Shown: one piece after another, positions 30,770 to 43,284 of the stretch | Numbering within the stretch: position 1 is the stretch's first letter | How the letters are laid out: every line of letters starts with the position of its first letter | Source: Chrysomallon squamiferum | Lineage: Eukaryota; Animalia; Mollusca | Reading direction: 5' to 3' | Assembly: GCA_012295275.1 (NCBI GenBank) | Contig: CM022677.1 | Coordinates: 13,640,001-13,704,000 of the forward strand | Length of the DNA stretch: 64,000 nt | Translations under genes and position numbers: made by a program | The notes under the pieces: generated by a model | Database searches by the model: none | What the model saw: only the letters and a program-made list of their open reading frames with translations | What the model was told of the DNA's origin: nothing

Positions 30770-32080
30770 TGAGTACATCTCACGTAAGGCTAAAGTTGCG
30801 AGCACATATCACTAAAGAGAGATAACTGTAATCGATATACTGTTTATTTTATTGAGTACATGTCACGTAAGGGAGATAACTTTAATCGATACAATTTTCA
30901 CTTTGCTTAGTGAGTACATCTCACATAAGGGACATAACTCTAATCTATGTCTGTGAACACATATCACTAAAGGGAGATAAGTCTAATCGATATAATTTTT
31001 AATTTGTTTACTGAGTACATCTCATGTAAGGGACCTAACTCTAATCCAGGTTTGTGAGCACATAATCACTCAACTGTAATCAATATAGCCTTTACTTCGC
31101 CGAGTAAACTCCTCCCACCTCTGGTGACACATCATGGGGTATGATCCATGTTATATACAGGGTGGCCCAGATGTAACCGAACCTGAATTGTTATGAAAAG
31201 TTACAGTTAAATGAAACAAATTTGATTTCATGTAGTTACAGCAAATGTTCAAAATGCAAACCATTATTTGTAATACGTGATGACAGCGTTCAATGGTTGA
31301 TTCAGTTACGTTTTTGCACATTTCAGTGATCATCGATTGAGCTTTCGGGTTCGGTTACATCTGGGCCACCCTGTATAAAGAAAGTGATGTTTCCACAATA
31401 TTTCTTAGATGAATCTGGAATCGGAAAGTACTGCTGATGTCTCCAAAAACGCCGAGATTCAATCCCACGATCTCACACACATGAACATGCTTACAAGAAA
31501 CATTATAGTTTCAACTTGGTTCTGTACCTTCACAAGTTGTGTGAGGGTGGGGTACTAGGGCAGAGGGGCAGGGACCATGCGTTTTTATTTATTAAACTAT
31601 TTTTTTTTATTGTTCTGCTGTTACAATCTTCTATTATGTGAATAATGTTTTTATTATAATTATTTTTTCTTAACTTCGCTGAATAATTAAATAGCATTTC
31701 TTTAGCACTTAACTAAATGAATTAAATGAAACAGAAATCTAAATTAGAAACTACATCATTATTCTTTTTTATTTCATTTTTCAAGATAACTCTAATCGAT
31801 ATAATTTCCACTTTCCTTAGTGAGTACATCTCACGTAAGGGAGATAACTCTAATCTATGTTTGTGAACATATATCACTAAAGGGAGATAACTAATCGATA
31901 TAATTTTTACTTTGCTTAGTGAGTACATCTCACGTAAGGGACCTAACTCTAATCTATGTTTGTGAACACATATCACTAAAGGGAGATAACTCTAATCGAT
32001 ATAATTTTTAATTTGTTTACTGAGTACATCTCATGTAAGGGACCTAACTCTAATCTATGTTAGTGAGCACATATCACTAA
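30770..32080. repeat. ~100-bp composite satellite in two blocks (~30770-31070 and ~31785-32080) within an ~1 kb local direct duplication; mirrored at ~40300-40590 and ~41310-41605
   Basis: tgagtacatctcacgtaagggagataactctaatc... recurs at 31821, 31920 and 32021. Confidence 0.88.
31158..31373. mobile_element. 216-bp Tc1/mariner-type MITE
   Basis: 26-bp perfect TIR CAGGGTGGCCCAGATGTAACCGAACC flanked by TA on both sides. The paralogous empty site is at ~32155-32170. Confidence 0.95.
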
Positions 32081-32574
32081 ACTGTAATTAATATAGCCTT
32101 TACTTCGCCGAGTAAACTCCTCCCACCTCTGGTGACACATCACGGGGTATGACCCATGTTATATATAAAGAAAGTGATGTTTCCACAATATTTCGAAGAT
32201 GAATCTGGAATCGGATTCCATCGGATTCCAAAAGTACTGCTGATGTCTCCAAAAACGCCGAGATTCAATCCCACGATCTCACACATATGAACATGCTTAG
32301 AAGAAACATTAAAGTTTGAACTTGGTTCAGTACCTTCACAAGCTGTGAGGGTGGGGTACTAGGGCAGGGGGTAGGGGCAATTCGTTTTTATTTCTTAAAC
32401 AATTTTTGTTATTATTGTTCTGCTGTTACAATCTTCTATATTGAATAAAAAATGTCTTAATAATCGTTACCAGCGAATATATTCACAAATAGAGTTATTT
32501 CCCTTTAATATGAAAACGAATACTTTCTTGGATGACGTTATCTCCCGTTTCTTATATTATAAAAGGGTAACTCA

Positions 32575-33205
32575 GATAACTCTATATAGGAATATGTTCG
32601 TTTTAACCTGAATAATCAAGGAGAAAAATGTACCAAAGGGGGACATAACTCTATCCGAGAGGATATTCGTTTTCATGTTAAAGGGAGATAACTCTATATA
32701 GGAAGATGTTCGTTTTAACCTGAATAATCAAGGAGAAAAATGTAACAAACGGGACATAACTCTATATAGGAATATGTTCGTTTTAACCTGAATAATCAAG
32801 GAGAAAAATGTAACAAAGGGGACATAACTATATATAGGAATATGTTCGTTTTAACCTGAATAATCAAGGAGAAAAATCTAACAAAGAGGACATAACTCTA
32901 TATAGGAATATGTTCGTTTTAACCTGAATAATCAAGGAGAAAAATCTAACAAAGGGGACATAACTCTATATAGGAATATGTTCGTTTTAACCTGAATAAT
33001 CAAGGAGAAAAATGTACCAAAGGGGAGATACCTCTATCCGAGAGGTTATTCGTTTTCATATTAAAGGGAGATAAATCTATATAGGAATATGTTCGTTTTA
33101 ACCTGAATAATCAAGGAGGAAAATGCAACAAAGGGGACATAACTCTATCCGAGAGGTTATTCGTTTTCATGTTAAGGGAGATAACTCTATATATCAATAT
33201 GTTCG
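32575..33205. repeat. Satellite of 68-bp units interspersed with ~42-bp units
   Basis: taactctatataggaatatgttcgttttaacctgaataatcaaggagaaaaatgtaacaaaggggaca has period 68 (32757 to 32825). Variant unit aactctatccgagaggttattcgttttcatgttaaagggagat. Confidence 0.92.
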
Positions 33206-33634
33206 CTTGTGATGAATGTTCAGGTATATTTTCAACCAATGGAATCCAATAATTTAATTGAATTTAATTAGTGGACACTGCTTAATCATTTGATAAGCAT
33301 TTTAAATAATGAATGCTTTTTACATTAAAATTATAGATCAGATGGAAATATTTATAGGATATTCTTTTTTTGTTATATTAATATATCAATATCTAAAAGG
33401 TAAATAACATCTTTTTTATATTAATAATAATAATTCAATGTTGAAAATATCTAATTTGTTGAAATCTAAAATTTTGAAAAAGAAATTTATATTTTGATAT
33501 AACTCTGAACTTGAAATATGATAAGGATAGTGAGAACTTAAAAATACAAGAATTGTTTTCTACATTATGCTTTTGTCCGATGGTAAAAGGAGAAAGAAAT
33601 GAATATTTGTTATATTAAATATAATAAACAATAA

Positions 33635-33834
33635 NNNNNNNNNNNNNNNNNNNNNNNNNNNNNNNNNNNNNNNNNNNNNNNNNNNNNNNNNNNNNNNNNN
33701 NNNNNNNNNNNNNNNNNNNNNNNNNNNNNNNNNNNNNNNNNNNNNNNNNNNNNNNNNNNNNNNNNNNNNNNNNNNNNNNNNNNNNNNNNNNNNNNNNNNN
33801 NNNNNNNNNNNNNNNNNNNNNNNNNNNNNNNNNN
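33635..33834. other. Scaffold gap (200 N)
   Basis: Run of exactly 200 N. Confidence 1.
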
Positions 33835-33838
33835 AGAC

Positions 33839-33884
<46 letters not shown>

Positions 33885-34178
33885 TATATATACACATATA
33901 TATAGCTACAGGTGTAGGTATGTAAGGTGGAGCAGAGAATAGTATATAGAAGGAAAAGTCGCTTGTCTTTTTTGAAGAGTGAATATATTGAATAAATATG
34001 TGTGCAAACATACAGAACTATAGGGAGGTTTGAAGGTATGTAGACAAGAAGATGTTTAAATGACTGATAGATGTTATTGATATATAAACTGTTAGGTAGG
34101 TTGATTATGTAGATAGAATGAGAAATTGTGTACATAGATATACATATAGAGATACATATATATAGGTGGACACAGAAA

Positions 34179-34230
<52 letters not shown>

Positions 34231-34712
34231 CAGTGATTGATAAGGATCGCTAAATAAGGGAATTGTGAATGAGAGTTATAAATGGACAGTAACACAGAAA
34301 GATAGATATAAAATGTAGTTATAATAATTTAGGTAGATAGTCAGGAAGATGAATAGCTGATTCAATCGATTGTTATTGATGGATAGAGAAATATATATAT
34401 AGGGAGGCATTTCCTTAGAGTTCGATGGATGGATAAATAGATAGGTGTAAGCATATATGATGGTAAAGTGGATATGATCATGTATATGTACATAGATAAA
34501 TACACACAGAGACAGACAGAAAACAGAGAGGATTGGATCTGTGTTTGGATCGAGTTAGATATCCAGAGTTAAATACAGATAGATTATATATAGATATATA
34601 GAAATAAATACAAATAGATTTTATATATATATAAATACACACACAGAGATAAATACAGATAGATTATACAGATAGATAAATACAGATAGATAAATACAGA
34701 TAGATTATAGAT

Positions 34713-34745
<33 letters not shown>

Positions 34746-35356
34746 TATATATATAGATACATATATAGAAATAAATACAGATAGATTATACAGATAGATT
34801 ACATAGACAGACATTCAGCAAGATAGCGAGGTTTGAAGTAGTATATAGTTAGATATTCAGGGAGCTGGATATATTATTGATTGATGGTTATTGAAAAATA
34901 GACGTATAAGCTAGAGAGATAAACTGATATGTAGGTATGTTACTAGTTTGGTAGATTGATTTGTAGACAGACTGACAGACATATAGATAGACGTGTGTTA
35001 AGAAATGTGTATGTATGTATATATATATATAGATGTATACACACACATACATAACGTGTTTAGTAAAGATAATTTATTTGTGTGTTTAAAGATGATTAGT
35101 ATATATATGTGTGTGTGTGTGTGTGTGCATGTGTAAAAAAGGGTGGATAGAGAGGTAAATTGATAGACAGAAGAAAGCTAGATAGATGCAAGGAGGCATG
35201 AGTATATACTGCATCCTGTAAGAAAGACCGAGTCTGTTGCTTATGTATATGGGATAAATAGATAGATAAATAAATATATTTATAGATAGATAAATAAATA
35301 AAAGGAATGTATTTAAATAATTAAATATGATATAAATAGAGAGAGTGTATACGTAA

Positions 35357-35399
<43 letters not shown>

Positions 35400-36344
35400 A
35401 AAATAGACTGTGCTATTTGTAACTGAGAGGGTAAGATAGCTTGATGTAGAGATAGTTAGACGTATTGATCGCTTGAAAAATAGATTGATAGGTTAGGAAA
35501 CTGCTTTGGAAAGAAAAATCCATCTTTTGTGAATAATAATTGTTCCATATCAGTAGACACCTCATCTGTTTAAATTTTTCTCCCTATTCTTGTAACTGAA
35601 GCTGATTCCAGAATCTTGTCTTTCCTGTAGATACAATAATAAAATGTAATAGAAATAATCATTATTTTTCCATATATAGATAGATAGATAGATAGATATA
35701 GTTATAAACAGACAGAGGATAGATAGGTAAATGGATATAGTGATGAATGAATGGTTAGCTAGACAGGTAATAAGATTAAGCTACACCACACGTTGATCAA
35801 CAAACAGACAGATACATAGATAGACAAATAGCCAGAGAAATTGATGATGAAATAAAACAAATATATAGATAGACAGATAGATAGATAGAAACATGCAGGT
35901 AAGTAAGGATGAGTAATTTGGAGAGTGAGAGAGAAAGAAAGCCAGAGCAAGATATTTAATATGTCATAACATATTCTTAAATACATGCACTTCTGTCTAT
36001 GCTCTGTTGGCCTGTCTGTCTATCCGTATATAGAAAGAGCTTTCAAAGTAATGACACTGTATTCAAAATTAGAAACAGTATCAATACCCTATGTATCCAT
36101 CTGTTCATCTATCTTCAGTAACTATATGTAGGTATTTCTATTTATCTATCATAATCTATCTATCTGTCTGTCTATCTAACCAAAATAATGTTATTATATT
36201 AATCTACTAATTAGCCATTCCCTTTGGAAATGTTGCCAAACATACACCACGGTGAGGTTTAGTACACATACGGGATGTTAGTAATGGTTAGTATTTTTAA
36301 AAGGTTAGTATTTGGTTAATGATTAGTATTTTCTTAATGGTTAG

Positions 36345-37245
36345 TCTCTTTCTCTCACTCTCTATCTCTTTCTCTTTTCTCTCTTTCTCTCTTTCTCTCT
36401 CTTTTCTCTCTCTATCTCTGTCTCTCTTTCTCTCTGTCTATCTCTGACTCTGTGCAACTCTATCTCTGTCTCTCTGAGCAACTCTCTCTGTCTCTCTTTC
36501 TGTCTGTCTCTCTCTTACTCTCTATCACTTTCTCTTTTCTCTCTTTCTCTCTCTATCTCTGACTCTCTGTGCGACTCTCTCAGCCTCTGTGTCTGTCTCT
36601 CTGACTTGCTCTCTCTGTCTCTCTTTCCCTTTATCACTGTCTCTCTCTTTTCTCTCTCTGTCTGTCTATCTCTGTCTCTCTGTGTCTATCTCTCTCTGTC
36701 TCTTTCCCTCTATCACTGTCTCTCTTTCTCTCTCTGTCTATCTCTGTCTCTCTCTTCCACTCTCTGGCTCGGTCTCTGTCTATATCTCTCTGTCTCTCTC
36801 TGAATCTCTCTTTCTCCCTCAGTCTCTGTGTCTCTCAGAATCTCTCTTTCTCTGTCTGTCTCTATCTGTTTCTGAATCTCTTTTTCTCTGCTATATCTCT
36901 TTATCTCTCTTTCTCTCTCTGACTCTCGGTATTTCTGTCTCTCTCTGTCTCTCTCCCTGTCTCTATCTCTCTCTGTCTCCCCATGTCCCTCTCTTTCTCC
37001 CTCTGTCTCAGTCCCTATCTGTCTCTCTTTATCTCACTGTCTTTCTCTCTTTATCTCACTGTCTTTCTCTCTTTGTCTCTCTGACTGTCTATGTCTCTCT
37101 GACTCACTTTTTCTCTCTGTCTCTCTGACACTATCTGTATCTCTGTCTCTCTCTCTGTCTATCTGTCTGTCTGTCTGTATCTCTCTCCGTGTGTTTTTCT
37201 CTGTGTTTTTCTCTCTTACTCTCTCTGTAACTCGCTTTCTTCTCT
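36345..37245. repeat. ~900 bp degenerate (CT)n polypyrimidine tract
   Basis: Almost entirely C/T on the plus strand, with scattered G/A. Confidence 0.95.
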
Positions 37246-37422
37246 CCACACAAACTTATCAATTCTGCCTAAAGCAAAATTAACCAACAGCAAAAGCAAT
37301 AGCTATAACACCAATATTAGCAATAATAACAATAATAAAAATAGCAATAATTATAAAAAAAATAACAGTTTTAGCAATAATATCAACAACAAAAATAAAA
37401 ACAAACAAAAATGAAAGAAAGA

Positions 37423-37484
<62 letters not shown>

Positions 37485-38817
37485 AATTACACTTTTAAAC
37501 ACCTGAATTGATGTTACATTCCGCGCTCTAGAAATCATTATATCTGTGGGATTTAAATGTGTCAGTATGAAATGGCAGAAAAACAGTATTTACATGTAAT
37601 TGAAATTTTTATGCTACATTTTTACAGTGAAATGAAATTTTCATGAAAACTTACAATCTTAGTCATAGTGAAACCCAAATCTCTCTTTCTCTAATTATAA
37701 TAAATAATATATACAAATTTTCACGTATCAAAATGGAATGTCGTAATAAATTTAAATTCTTATTTTTATTCTGAATAGTATGAATAAATAAATATTAAGT
37801 TTTTAGTAAAGAAACATTTTAAATATATGAAATAAACTAAGAATGCACAGAGATACTAATACTGCTACTACTACTACTACTACTACTACTACTAATAATA
37901 ATAATAATTAGTCAATTTCATAGACAAAGTAGTCTAAGGGAAATAACTGTTGAATATAACGATGATAATGGTTAACAACAACAAAACAAATTTTGAAAAA
38001 GGAAATAAAAAAAAAAATAATGATGTATTTTGTAATTTAGATTTATGTTTCATTTAATTCATTTAGTTAAGTGCTAAAGAAATGATATGAAATTAAATTT
38101 TAGAATAATTGTTTGATAATTTTGATAATAAAATTAAACGAAAAATAACAAATAGTGGCATAATGAATCAATAATACATTTTTTATTACATTAAATATTT
38201 TCACAAACTTTGATGAATCTTCTATTCACATATTTCCACAAATTGATTCATATCAAGTAATTCTGATGAACCCATTTTTTAATGTAAGAAAGGGGAGATA
38301 ACTCCATCCGAGAAAGTATTCGTTTTCATATTAAAGGAAAATAACTATTTGTGAATATATTCGCTGGTAACTATTATTAAGAAATATTTTATTGTTTATT
38401 ATATTTAATATAACAAATATTCATTTCTTTCTCCTTTTACCATCGGACAAAAGCATAATGTAGAAAACAATTCTTGTATTTTTAAGTTCTCACTATCCTT
38501 ATCATATTTCAAGTTCAGAGTTATATCAAAATATAAATTTCTTTTTCAAAATTTTAGATTTCAACAAATTAGATATTTTCAACATTGAATTATTATTATT
38601 AATATAAAAAAGATGTTATTTACCTTTTAGATATTGATATATTAATATAACAAAAAAAGAATATCCTATAAATATTTCCATCTGATCTATAATTTTAATG
38701 TAAAAAGCATTCATTATTTAAAATGCTTATCAAATGATTAAGCAGTGTCCACTAATTAAATTCAATTAAATTATTGGATTCCATTGGTTGAAAATATACC
38801 TGAACATTCATCACAAG

Positions 38818-39800
38818 CGAACATATTGATATATAGAGTTATCTCCCTTAACATGAAAACGAATAACCTCTCGGATAGAGTTATGTCCCCTTTGTTGCAT
38901 TTTCCTCCTTGATTATTCAGGTTAAAACGAACATATTCCTATATAGAGTTATCTCCCTATAATCAGGTTAAAACGAACATATTCTTATTCAGTTATCTCC
39001 CTTTAACGTGAAAACGAATAACCTCTCGGATAGAGGTATCTCCCCTTTGGTACATTTTTCTCCTTGATTATTCAGGTTAAAACGAACATATTCCTATATA
39101 GAGTTATGTCCCCTTTGTTAGATTTTCTCCTTGATTATTCAGGTTAAAACGAACATTGTTATATTTTCTCCTTGATTATTCAGGTTAAAACGAACATATT
39201 CTTATATAGAGTTATGTCCCCTTGTTAGATTTTTCTCCTTGATTATTCAGGTTAAAACGAACATATTCTTATATAGAGTTATGTCCCCTCTTACATTTTT
39301 CTCCTTGATTATTCAGGTTAAAACGAACATATTCCTATATATAGTTATGTCCCCTTTGTTACATTTTTCTCCTTGATTATTCAGGTTAAAACGAACATAT
39401 TCCTATATAGAGTTATGTCCCTTTGTTACATTTTTCTCCGTGCTTATTCAGGTTAAAACGAACATATTCCTATATATAGTGATGTCCCCTTTGTTACATT
39501 TTTCTCCTTGATTATTCAGGTTAAAACGAACATATTCCTATATAGAGTTATGTCCCCTTTGTTACATTTTTCTCCTTGATTATTCAGGTTAAAACGAACA
39601 TCTTCCTATATAGAGTTATCTCCCTTTAACATGAAAACGAATATCCTCTCGGATAGAGTTATGTCCCCCTTTGGTACATTTTTCTCCTTGATTATTCAGG
39701 TTAAAACGAATATATTCCGATATAGATTTATCTCCCCTTTGTTACATTTTTCTTTTGATTATTCAGGTTAAAACGAACATATTCCTATATAGAGTTATCT
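38818..39800. repeat. 68/42-bp satellite, mirror array with more units
   Basis: Reverse complement of the 32575-33205 array, ~980 bp versus ~630 bp. Confidence 0.92.
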
Positions 39801-41003
39801 GAGTTACCCTTTTATAATATAAGAAACGGGAGATAACGTCATCCAAGAAAGTATTCGTTTTCATATTAAAGGGAAATAACTCTATTTGTGAATATATTCG
39901 CTGGTAACGATTATTAAGACATTTTTTATTCAATATAGAAGATTGTAACAGCAGAACAATAATAACAAAAATTGTTTAAGAAATAAAAACGAATTGCCCC
40001 TACCCCCTGCCCTAGTACCCCACCCTCACAGCTTGTGAAGGTACTGAACCAAGTTCAAACTTTAATGTTTCTTATAAGCATATTCATATGTGTGAGATCG
40101 TGGGATTGAATCTCGGCGTTTTTGGAGACATCAGCAGTACTTTTGGAATCCGATGGAATCCGATTCCAGATTCATCTTCGAAATATTGTGGAAACATCAC
40201 TTTTTTTTATATATAACATGGGTCATATCCCGTGATGCTGTGTCACCAGAGGTGGGAGGAGTTTACTCGGCGAAGTAAAGGCTATATTAATTACAGTTTA
40301 GTGATATGTGCTCACTAACATAGATTAGAGTTAGGTCCCTTACATGAGATGTACTCAGTAAACAAATTAAAAATTATATCGATTAGAGTTATCTCCCTTT
40401 AGTGATATGTGTTCACAAACATAGATTAGAGTTAGGTCCCTTACGTGAGATGTACTCACTAAGCAAAGTAAAAATTATATCGATTAGTTATCTCCCTTTA
40501 GTGATATATGTTCACAAACATAGATTAGAGTTATCTCCCTTACGTGAGATGTACTCACTAAGGAAAGTGGAAATTATATCGATTAGAGTTATCTTGAAAA
40601 ATGAAATAAAAAAGAATAATGATGTAGTTTCTAATTTAGATTTCTGTTTCATTTAATTCATTTAGTTAAGTGCTAAAGAAATGCTATTTAATTATTCAGC
40701 GAAGTTAAGAAAAAATAATTCTAATAAAAACATTATTCACATAATAGAAGATTGTAACAGCAGAACAATAAAAAAAATAGTTTAATAAATAAAAACGCAT
40801 GGTCCCTGCCCCTCTGCCCTAGTACCCCACCCTCACACAACTTGTGAAGGTACAGAACCAAGTTGAAACTATAATGTTTCTTGTAAGCATGTTCATGTGT
40901 GTGAGATCGTGGGATTGAATCTCAGCGTTTTTGGAGACATCAGCAGTACTTTCCGATTCCAGATTCATCTAAGAAATATTGTGGAAACATCACTTTCTTT
41001 ATA

Positions 41004-41219
41004 CAGGGTGGCCCAGATGTAACCGAACCCGAAAGCTCAATCGATGATCACTGAAATGTGCAAAAACGTAACTGAATCAACCATTGAACGCTGTCATCAC
41101 GTATTACAAATAATGGTTTGCATTTTGAACATTTGCTGTAACTACATGAAATCAAATTTGTTTCATTTAACTGTAACTTTTCATAACAATTCAGGTTCGG
41201 TTACATCTGGGCCACCCTG
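41004..41219. mobile_element. 216-bp Tc1/mariner-type MITE (mirror copy in the right arm)
   Basis: Same TIRs and TA flanks. Empty site at ~40205-40220. Confidence 0.95.
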
Positions 41220-42390
41220 TATATAACATGGATCATACCACATGATGTGTCACCAGAGGTGGGAGGAGTTTACTCGGCGAAGTAAAGGCTATATTGATTA
41301 CAGTTGAGTGATTATGTGCTCACAAACCTGGATTATAGTTAGGTCCCTTACATGAGATGTACTCAGTAAAAAAATTATATCGATTAGACTTATCTCCCTT
41401 TAGTGATATGTGTTCACAAACATAGATTAGAGTTATGTCCCTTATGTGAGATGTACTCACTAAGCAAAGTGAAAATTGTATCGATTAAAGTTATCTCCCT
41501 TACGTGACATGTACTCAATAAAATAAACAGTATATCGATTAGAGTTATCTCTCTTTAGTGATATGTGCTCGCAACTTTAGCCTTACGTGAGATGTACTCA
41601 CTAAGCTTACGTACGCTAATTATCCATATGGGATAAATGGAATCTCGAAAAATGTCGGGGTAGGGCGGGAGGGCATGTGTTCAACTCACCTTTTCTGTCC
41701 GGGACCCAAAGCTTATCCTATCCACCCCCGCCCTAGTCACCCACACACCGACTGTCTGTCCTGCATATGGATTGAGCTACTGATAAACAGGCTGAAGTTT
41801 GTACAAGCACTAGGGGCTTTTAAGATTAAACTGGTAATTAAATATTAAAAAAAGTAATATCGTTTTTGTTTACCGACTGAAAATATAGAAACTTATCTAG
41901 TGATCACATATTGCAATTACTGATAGTGACTTCAGGATCTATCTGATCTATCTATCTATCCGTGAATACACATACATACACATGCACGCATGCACTTACA
42001 CACTGTCTGATAGAGGTAAGCTTCTGAAAATCGACTGAATATTGACGAGTATAAATACAATATATATGAATCCATGATGTGTGTTTACATTGGTGTGTGT
42101 TGGTGCACACATTTGCATACAAAAACACACATACACAACAAACACATAAATTAAGCTATGCATTTCTTTATTTATTTTGTATTTGTTTTTCGTCCATTTT
42201 CCAATCCAGTGCCTCCTGCAAGCATTATTAGAGATTTTAAAAATGATTTTTGTAATATGATTTTAAATAATTACATATATTTATCTTGTCAATCAATTTA
42301 TATCTGTTAAACAGTTTACACAAATACTTTGAGGTGTAAATAATGTTTATCAATATTCTGCCTTATAACATGATCAGTATAACATTAATT

Positions 42391-43284
42391 CAGTGATTCT
42401 CAACCAGTGTGCCACGAGATCTTCCAATGTGTGCCGCAAAATTTTGAACGGCACACTAAGAAAATGCGAAAAACCACGTGATCCCAAAATGAAACAAACA
42501 GTAGAATGCAAGGTTAAAAACGAAAATATTCTCACTTCAACAGACAAGTTAGTTGCCCTCAAAAAGAAAATAGTGATTTGGGGAAAAAAAGAGCAATCAC
42601 TGTCAACCTTTATATGTTCATTTTATTGCGTTCTACCTGCATTAGAGAAGTGATCCCTATTGTGTTTACTCATCTGACAGCCCTGATCGAAAGCATCAAC
42701 AATAAATTTCCGGCATTAAAGACAGAAAAGTATGATTGGATTAGAGATCCTTTCATAAATCATTCTTCCAACATTGATCTTGAGTTACAGTAAGAAGAAC
42801 TGGCCGCCCGTTCTAAATTAAAACATTCGACCATTGATTCATTTTGGATTTCAGTACAAGAGGTGTATCCCATATTATGTAAAACAGTTTTAGCAATTTT
42901 ATTACACCTTTCAACTCCTGATATATGTGAATTAGGCAACATCAAAAACATGAAGCACAAGAGATTACTACAACGAAAGCAGAAATGAGGGTGTGTCTGT
43001 CTCATATTCAACTAAACATTGAGGAAAGTATGAATAAAAGCCAGGCACAAATTTCTCAATAAAGAAGCCAGCTATTTGACTGATGAAATTAAAAACACTG
43101 CAGTGAAGTATAGCTGTGTTTTTCTTTATTTAGTTTGAGTCATTCTAGGTGTCTATGACTAGGCTGGGTCTATGACTTTACAAAATTCAAATATTTTTCA
43201 TATATATTTAGCCAGGTGTGCCGCTATTTTTTCATGTGTTCTAAGGTGTGCCATTGACAAAAAAAAAAAGGTTGAGAACCACGG
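42391..43284 (+). mobile_element. hAT (Buster/Charlie-type) derivative, second copy, non-matching flanks
   Basis: TIRs cagtgattctcaacc / ggttgagaaccacgg. Contains FWISVQEVYPILCKTVLAILLHLSTPDICELG and EMRVCLSHIQLNIEESMNKSQAQISQ*. Flanks are CATTAATT versus TGCTAGAT. Confidence 0.9.

Larger units (their letters stand above)
25440..33634 (+). repeat. Left arm of large inverted duplication
   Basis: Its reverse complement matches 38389-44315: 33634 pairs with 38389, 29975 with 42391, ~26460 with ~43345, and ~25440 with ~44315. The same short ORF translations appear on opposite strands (31722-31976 vs 40402-40656; 31151-31333 vs 41044-41226). Segment 26460-29110 has no counterpart. Confidence 0.92.

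Noticed and set aside
31151-31333. Identical 60-aa ORF present twice (also 41044-41226)
   Set aside because: It lies inside the MITE, and its identity reflects the inverted duplication rather than coding constraint.
32575-33205. CRISPR-like repeat-spacer appearance of the AAGGGAGATAACTC arrays
   Set aside because: The spacers are themselves repeated, there are no cas genes and the context is eukaryotic. These are satellites.
33560-34135. ORFs containing X runs (also 12895-13227)
   Set aside because: They span N gaps and are artefacts.
36589-37128. 179-aa Ser/Leu-rich ORF
   Set aside because: Translation of a CT microsatellite.
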